From Chiloscyllium plagiosum (lineage: Eukaryota), in assembly GCF_004010195.1 (NCBI RefSeq), contig NC_057719.1, positions 20,978,138 through 21,037,653 on the forward strand: 59,516 bases of DNA, read 5' to 3'. Position 1 is the stretch's first letter, and each line of letters opens with the position of its first letter. The notes beneath the pieces are model-generated. The model ran no database searches. It saw nothing but the letters and a program-made list of their open reading frames with translations, and was not told where the DNA came from. A program made the translations under genes and the position numbers. Of the stretch, positions 51,724 through 59,516 are shown piece by piece.

Positions 51724-52671
51724 TACTTGAACAATAATGTGTGATCACAGCCATTAGGTTACAAACTAACTGGAATTTTTCATTGTGGAAAAGTACTGCC
51801 ACACTCAAATAATCATATTTCTAAAAAGAAAGAATACCTGAACATTTTAATCTTCCAAAAGCAGTACTATATTTATACATAGCTCTCAAGGAACAAACTT
51901 AAAAAAAATATATTGGAAAACAGATCCAATAATGATCGAATTGGGGATGACAGCGAGTGGACCTTCCTGGATTAGTGAAAGATTCTTTGAAAACAGGTCG
52001 AAGATTATTTTATACAAAGGATCTTAATTGTTTTTGTTTTTATCTACCAGATTAATCTGTATTTTACTCGGTAAATCATAAGGCCCTGCAGATTGTGCTC
52101 CAAAGATTTACACATCCGGGAAATTTTAGCCTAATCCTACGACTGCTTCCTGACAATATAACCAGAATGACCTTGAAGAGGAAGTTTTAAAGAGACGCCT
52201 TCAAAATCCAAGCCAGATGCAAACAAAGTTGTGTTCATAGCCTATATACTATTGACAATCTCCCTGACAAAATGGCTATTCGTCTTATCAAAGATCAACA
52301 CTTCTCTGGAGTAATTTCAAATACAATTAAATGGAAAATTCTTTGACCACAGTTGACACCAATTCAAAATTATAGAATGACATCACTTAATGACTATAGA
52401 GTGCTGCAGTATTGTTGCCCACCAGAAACATCTTCAACTCCTGACCTCTGCACGCAACAACAGCTTGTGGACCGTGTCCTGAAGTACTGGTGACTGCTGT
52501 CAAAGGTCATGAGCTAGAGGAACAAGCTGTCAGATACTGTGGGCGACAGAGACTGGAGGCATTCAAACAACATAAAAATGGAAAGCATCAGGGGGATCCA
52601 CATGATATGCAAATATATTCAAAATTTGCTCTGCTAAATATCTGTTACAATCATTAGAATAGGCTTCTTTT

Positions 52672-52995
52672 TTAATTTATTCACAGGATGAGGGCATCAC
52701 TGGCCAAACCAGCATTTATAGTCCATTCCTAATTGCCAGAGGGCTGATGTGTATCTGGAGTCACATATAGGCCAGACTGGATAAGGATGGCAGAATCCTT
52801 CCTTAGAGGAGATTAGTGAACGAGGTGAGCTTTTCCAACAATTGATTCACGGTCATCATTAGACTCTTACTTCCAGATTTCACAACGTTCAAATTACACC
52901 ATTTGCCATGGCAGGATTCAAACCCGGGTCCCCAGAACATTACCTGGGTCTCTGGATTAACAGACGAGAGATAATACCACCATGCCATTGCCTCC
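52672..52995 (-). mobile_element. tRNA-derived LINE-tailed SINE
   Basis: Head gaggcaatggcatggtggtattat...gggtttgaatcctgcc; tail ...ataaatgctggtttggccagtgatgccctcatcctgtgaataaa. Confidence 0.8.
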
Positions 52996-53192
52996 TCTAC
53001 CAAGGAATAGACGCAGATTCCGCATAATATCAGAACAACCCGGACAGCAACGTGAATTTGATTCATACCATTCCTTCACTGAAGTGATGGCAGCTGGTCA
53101 GGAGAAATTCTAGGATAATCCTAGCTTATGGTGTTAAATCATCTCAGTGTTGAACTGACGAACGACTGGAGCTTTTATGAAAATATGCCAAC

Positions 53193-53750
53193 GTTTGTGC
53201 GAAGATTTGTAGCTCGGGTGCTCGTTGCTGTGGTTCTGTTCGCCGAGCTGGAAGTTTTTGTTGCAAACGTTTCATCCCCTGGCTAGGCGACATCATCAGT
53301 GCTTGGGAGCCTCCTGCGTAGCGCTTCTTTGATGTTTCCTCCGGTGTTTATAGTGTAAACTATAAACTACACTATAAACACCGGAGGAAACATCAAAGAA
53401 GCACTTCGCAGGAGGCTCCCAAGCACTGATGATGTAGCCTAGCCAGGGNNACTGGGACAACATTACTATCATAGGGCAAGCCAGACAGAGAACAGCCAGA
53501 GAATTCCTAGAGGCATGGCATTCATCCACAAACTCCATCAACAAACACATCGACCTGGACCCAATATACCAACCACTACAGCGGACAACTGAAACTGACA
53601 ACCGGAAGCGGCAGGGACAGACCACTATAAACACTGGAGGAAACATCAAAGAAGCGCTTCGCAGGAGGCTCCCAAGCACTGATGATGTCGCCTAGCCGGG
53701 GACGAAACGTTTGCAACAAAAACTTCCAGCTCGGCGAACAGAACCACAAC
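53193..53750. mobile_element. Penelope-like family C insertion: inverted pLTR, partial pLTR, GIY-YIG C-terminus, pLTR
   Basis: 12-bp TSD AAATATGCCAAC at 53181-53192 and 53751-53762. Plus-strand WDNITIIGQARQRTAREFLEAWHSSTNSINKHIDLDPIY. Hammerheads at 53263-53302 (-), 53423-53448 (+, runs into NN) and 53676-53714 (+). Confidence 0.9.
53676..53714 (+). ncRNA. Minimal type-I hammerhead ribozyme motif (family C)
   Basis: GCA-CTGATGA-t-GTC-gcctagccggg-GAC-GAAAC-GTT^TGC, with stems I and II paired. Confidence 0.78.
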
Positions 53751-54139
53751 AAATATGCCAACTCCTGAATATGATACCATTGTGTAACATGTTGCAGATG
53801 GTGCATCAGACTGCCTATAATGTACACTACTCTGATAGGCCATTATACTTTCAACATAATTTCCTGACTATTGTATATTTGAATATTAGTCAAATGTTAA
53901 CCATCAACAATGGATGAGGCAACGCTCTTTTCTGAGCATGCATATCTTTATACAGTAATGTTTAGTTTGCAAGGAAATGTTCTTTTTTGAACACATTTGA
54001 GACTGCAGCTAAGGATAATTATATAAATCAGTCAACCCAAAAACCTTGTGCAATTAGCACATGACCTGTCTAATGAGATTTACACCAGCTTTTAACTGTT
54101 TACAATTGGTTTTCCCGTTATACAAAACATAGCCCCAAA

Positions 54140-55900
54140 CCGATTGTTATAGGCCTATGTAATTCAACCCATTGAGTGTGCTCCACCATTCGGTCAGTCC
54201 ACAGCTGATCACCTCCCTCAGTGCTATTGTCTCACATTACATCCATATCCCTTAATGCCATCAGTCTCCAGAAATCTATCAATTGTTGTCTTGAACGTGT
54301 TCTGAAGGAGACAATTCCAAAGAGTCACACCATCGGCATGAAGAAATTCCTCCTCAACTCATTCTCAAATGGCCTAGTTATTATTCTGATATTATTTATC
54401 ACAGTTTTACATTCACAGGGGGAAAATCTTACTTTCATCCACCCTATCATATCCTGTAAGAATGTGGTAACTTTCAATAAAGAATCATGATGCTTTCTTC
54501 AACGAACTAAAGACTAATGGCCAGAACTTCTCAAACTACAAACCTGCCATGCTTGGGATTCATCTGGTGAACATCCATTGCACTCCATCTCTGACAAGTC
54601 TCTCCTTTCTGAGATAAGAGGACCAAAACTATACAGAACGCTCCAGGTATGGTCTCATCAGGGCTTTATACATCTGCAGCAAGGCGTCTTTATAGTGCCA
54701 CTCAAATCCTTTTACAATGAAGGCCAACACACAAATTGTCTTTCAAATTGCTTGTTATAACTGCACGCTAACTGTATGTGAATTATGAACAAGGACACAC
54801 ACATCACTTTGGATGCACATGCTTCCCAATCTTCCACCATTTTACAGATATTATGTCTTTCCGTGCTTTTCCATTAAAGTGCATACTTGATATGTGTGTC
54901 CACTATGTTCTACACCCATGTTCTAGCCTATTTACTTAGAATTCTCCAAGTCCTCTTTGAAATATCTTCCCGCAAACTATATTCCCATACTTTTTGATGT
55001 TATCATCAAATTTGACATATCACAGATTGTCCCCACATCCAATGATTGAGAATAGTGTGGTCCTTGCAGTACCCTAATAGTAACAGTCTGCCATCCTGAG
55101 AACAATCTGTTTACTCCTGCAGTCTGTTTTCTGTATATTAACCAAGTCACAATCCATACTGGTATATTTCCTCAAATCCCACTTCCTCCAAATGTATTCA
55201 TGCACATTCTGCATGGGAGCTTATCAAAGAACTTCTAGAAATCCAGAGGCACCACATCCACTGGTTGTCATTTATCAATGCTTCAAGTTATCTCATCAAA
55301 AGGCTCCAATAAGCTTGTAAAACATGATTTCTTTTTCATGAAACCTTTTTGATCTTGGTCATTTTTTCTGTTCTTTTCTAAATGTTCAGTTATCTTAATC
55401 TGCACAGTAGATTCTAACATTTGGAGGATGGCACGGTGGCTCAGTGGTTAGAACTGTTGCCTCACAGCACCAGGGACCCAGGTTTGATTCTAGTCTCGGA
55501 CGATTGTCTGTGTGGAGCTTGCACATTCTCCCAATGTCTCCGTGGGTTTCCTCTAGGTGCTCCAGTTTCTTCCAGTTTCTTCCCACAGTCCAAAGATGTG
55601 TAGTTTAAGTGAATTGGTCATGCTAAATTGCCCATAGTGTTAGGTGCATTAGTCAGAGCTAAATGGGTCTGGGTGGATTACTCTTCAGAGGGTCAGTATG
55701 AATCTGTTGGGCCGAAGGGCTTGATTCCACACTGTAGGGGAATCTAATTGGATTTGTGTTACTAATTATGTCAAACTAGCAGGTTTGTGGTTCTCTATTC
55801 TTCCTCTTCCTACCTTCTTAAACATTTACCAGGTTGCAGGGATATTTGCAGAATCTATAGAATACTGAAGGACAAATGCCAATATGTCCATTATCTTGCT
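54140..55900 (-). mobile_element. Old CR1 with nested HE1-like SINE (55430-55748, +)
   Basis: Degenerate RT motifs (ctccaggtatggtctcatcagggc; cttatcaaagaacttctagaaatcc); SINE head ggcacggtggctcagtggttag. Confidence 0.75.
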
Positions 55901-55989
55901 AGCTACCACAGCCAACCTGTCTTTCACACTTTCATAGCTTTCTTTCTTCAGATTTGACAACAGTAGCATACCAAAACTTCAAGAGAGTT

Positions 55990-58010
55990 AGGGGGCAGAG
56001 TGAGTGTAGTGGTTATCATTAAGGAGAAGGTGCTGGGGAAACTGAAAGATATGAAGGTAGATAAATCACCCAAATAAACTACATCCCAGACTTCTGAAGG
56101 AGATAACTGAGGAGATTGCAGAGGTACTGGTGGTGACATTTCAGGATTCATTGAAGTTGGGGAGAGTCCCAGAGGGCTGGAAAATAACCAGTATAACACC
56201 CCTGTTTAAGAAGGGACAGAGAGAGAAGATGGGAATTTACAGGCCCATTAGCTTGACTTTGGTCATTGGTAAAATTTCAGACTCCATTATTAAGAACGAG
56301 ATTGCAGAGCACTTGGAAGAGCATGGTAAAATAGGACTGAATCAGTATGGCTTTGTAAAGGGGAGGCTATGCATGAGAAATTTGTTAGAATTCTAAATAA
56401 AAACTGAAAGAACCGCGGATGCTGGAAATCAGAAAAAACCCCAGAAATTACTGGAAAATCTCAGCAGGACTGGCTGCATCTGTGAAGATTAATCATAGTG
56501 AACAGGTCGTGGTCTGGTAATCCTTCCTCAGGCAGTGTTCTGAGGAAAGGGCACTGAACCCTGAAATAATAACTCTGATTTCTTTGAGCTTTTTCAGCAA
56601 TTTATGTTTTTATTAGGATTCTTCTTGTGGCAGTAATGAGCAAGTTAGACAAATCATAGAATCCATACAGTGTGGAAGCATGCCATTCAGTCCAGTGAAT
56701 CCGCAATGACCCTCCAAAGAGCATCCCACCCAGAACTACCCTATACCTGCATTTCCAATGGCTAATCCACCAAACCTGCACATCCCTGGACACTACGGGC
56801 AATTTACCATGGCCAGTCCATCTAACCTGCATACCTTTGGATTGTGGGAGGAAACCCGAGCACCTGGAGGAAATCCACGTAGACACAAGGAGAATGTGCA
56901 AACTCCACACAGACAGTCTCCTGAGGGTGGAATCAAACCTGGATCCCTGGTGCTAACCACAGAGCCAACATGCCATCTGATGGCAGCCAGGATTTCCTGA
57001 AGACTTTAGCCACACAGGAGGCTGCTAAATAAAATGAGGCCATGTTGTTGAGGGTAAGATACTGGCATGGATAGGAGTTGGCCAACTGGCAGAAGGCAGA
57101 GAGTATAGATAAAGAGGTCATTTTCAAGATGGCAATTGGTAGTAGTAGTGTTTCACGGGAGTCAGTATAGGGACCACAACTATTCAGGTTATCTATCAAG
57201 GATCTGGATAAAGGAACTGTGGGCATCGTTGCTAAGCTTGCAGATGATGCAAAGATATTTGGAGGAACAGGTCGTGTTGAGGAAGCATGGAGCCTGCAGA
57301 AGGATTTGGACAGGCTAGGAGAGTGGGCAAAATGTGGCAGGTAGAATACAATATGTGAAACTATGAGTCATGCATTTTGGTAGGAAGAATAGAGGAACAG
57401 ACTGTTTTCGAAATGGAGAAAGGTTTCAGAAATCTGAATCACAAAGGGACTTGGGAGCCCTAGTTCAGGATTCTCATAAGGTTAGCATGAAGGTTCAATT
57501 CACAGTTATGAAGGCAAATGCAATGTTAGCATTCATTTTGAGAGCACTACAATATAATAACAGGGATGTACTGCTGAGGTTCTGATAAGGCTCTGTTCCT
57601 GGGGATGAAGCGCTTGTCATGTTGAACAGCTCTGGGTCTGTACTCGATGGAGTTTAGAAGGATGTTGGGGAGTCTGATAAATTTTACAGAATACTTTGAG
57701 GCCTGGTTAGAGTGAATGTGGAGAAGGTGTTCCCACTTGTGGAACAGACTTGGACCCAAGGGCACAGCCTCTGAGTAAACAGACAACCCTTCAGAACTGA
57801 GATGAAGAGCAATTTCATGAATCAAACTCATTGTTGTAGAAGGCTGTGGAGGACAAATCATTGGGTGTATTTAAGACACAGATAGATAGGTTCTTTATTA
57901 GTCAGGGGATCAAGGGTTACGAGCAGAAGGCAGGAAAATTGGGTTGAGAAACATGGTGGAGCAGTTTAAGTGGGTCAAAAGGCCTAATTCTGCTCCATAT
58001 GTTATGATCT
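55990..58010 (+). mobile_element. CR1 ORF2 with nested Penelope palindrome (56395-56612) and HE1-like SINE (56652-56975, -)
   Basis: VPEGWKITSITPLFKKG...YRPISLT; MHFGRKNRG...QRDLGALV. Confidence 0.85.
56395..56612. mobile_element. Palindromic Penelope family B insertion
   Basis: TSD TTAGAATTCT / TTAGGATTCT (56385-56394, 56613-56622). Halves meet at ...ttcctcag-gcagtgtt-ctgaggaa; stem II AGGG/CCCT. Confidence 0.78.
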
Positions 58011-59133
58011 TAAGACCCTAGTCTCAGAATGAACTGGATTGCATTCAAACTTTATGCCAGATTAATTCATATTATTGTCATTGTTTCCCAAAGTCTTACT
58101 TACAGAAAGAGTATAAATTAATTGCTTTTCAATACACAATCTGATCCCTATGTTACCTCATTGTACTGCTGCAGACACCCAACTCATTCCCACCCCAGGA
58201 ATTTGTGCCGAACAGCATTTGTGTGATTTGGTTAACCGCGAAAATGGAATTCCCTCAGTATTGCTGTGTTATGTCATGTTACAAGAATCTCTAACTCTTG
58301 GTGGTTTTTGCTTAAATGTTATAAGGTCTTGAGATGGCCAATGTGGGAATTTGAGCCGAAGTAATAGTTTTGCTCCATATTTAATGTAAAATATTATCTC
58401 AGTAAAGGTATGAAGATTGTACAAGGAACAACCAGTTAAATTTTCATTTGGAAAGCAGATTCCCACTTAAAATACACCTGAGCATTCGTACAAGAAGCTT
58501 CAAGGCATTTTGGAGTCTTACCTTTAACCTAATTTCCTCTTTTCATTTTGACCACCTAATTGGGATCAAACAAATTGTTGCAAACAATTTCAAGTGCTTT
58601 TTAAATTGCTTCTTATTGTTCACTTACAATTTGAGGACATGTTTTGAAACATTTCTGAAGAATTTCTGGACGATTTTATCAAGCCTACATAAACAATCCT
58701 GTCTGTGTTAGTCATCTATTTGTTTCAGATATTCTGAGGAATTCAACTAAAATGGATAACAGCTTTCTTTGCAGGACACATCTTTGCTTGCACAAGAGAA
58801 TGGAAGTGATTGATCATTAGAATCTTGATAGCATTTCCCTTTGGTTGTAAGAGGAGCACATGAAGCGAGGCAGAACAGCAATGGAGCATGGTGAAGGTGA
58901 AGTAATGGTACAGCATATTCCTCCTCTAAGCTTCCTAAACCTCCAGTGCCTCATTCAATAATCTATGTATTTCGCACTTGGTCTCTAATCCATCCTGAGA
59001 CATGTTAGAATATGTCAACTCACCACATAACAAGTTCAGTGAAAGCAGTTGGATAGGGCCCACATATGACAAGCTCTTGTTCAAATGCCACGATGATGGA
59101 ATTGGAAGACATCATCACAATAGATCCAGCAGT

Positions 59134-59516
59134 TAAGAGTCATAGAGTCATAGAGATGTACAGCATGGAAACAGACCCTTCGGTCCAACCCGTCCACGCC
59201 AACCAGATATCCCAACCCAATCTAGTCCCACCTGCCAGCACCCGGCCCATATCCCTCCAAACCCTTCCTATTCATATACCCATCCAGATGCCTGTTAAAT
59301 GTTGCGATTGTACCAGCCTCCACCACTTCCTCTGGCAGCTCATTCCATACACGTACCACCCTCTGCGTGAAAAGTTGCCCCTTAGGTCATACAGTCATAG
59401 AGTCATAGAGATGTACAGCATGGAAACAGACCCTTCGGTCCAATCCGTCCACGCCAACCAGATATCCCAACCCAATCTAGCCCGCCTGCCAGCACCCGGC
59501 CCATATCCCTCCAAAC
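59134..59516 (-). mobile_element. Two adjacent, near-identical CR1 3' ends with (ACTCTATG)n tails
   Basis: 59139-59263 is repeated from 59394 onward. Confidence 0.85.

Noticed and set aside
1..59516. CRISPR arrays, operons, prokaryotic defence systems, rRNA genes
   Set aside because: No regularly spaced repeat-spacer units, dense gene packing or rRNA similarity; the content is vertebrate repeat-rich DNA.

Overview
Eukaryotic, repeat-dense, non-bacterial window with several N gaps. The repeat complement (HE1-type tRNA SINEs, CR1 LINEs with short microsatellite tails, Deu-domain SINE, Penelope-like elements) points to a cartilaginous fish, probably a shark; this is an inference. Most long ORFs are retroelement fragments: many CR1 copies (one with an uninterrupted 370-aa RT C-terminal ORF), at least three Penelope-like families, one internally deleted Gypsy provirus with both LTRs and a 5-bp TSD, Tigger/pogo-type MITEs and Harbinger Myb/SANT relics. 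No host protein-coding gene can be firmly identified; only weak exon candidates and one Pbx/Meis-site-rich enhancer-like block are visible. The most striking signal is a set of about a dozen minimal type-I hammerhead ribozyme motifs (CUGANGA-stem II-GAAAC-GUH) with co-varying stem II. Several sit in short, TSD-flanked, palindromic insertions that carry a hammerhead on each strand.
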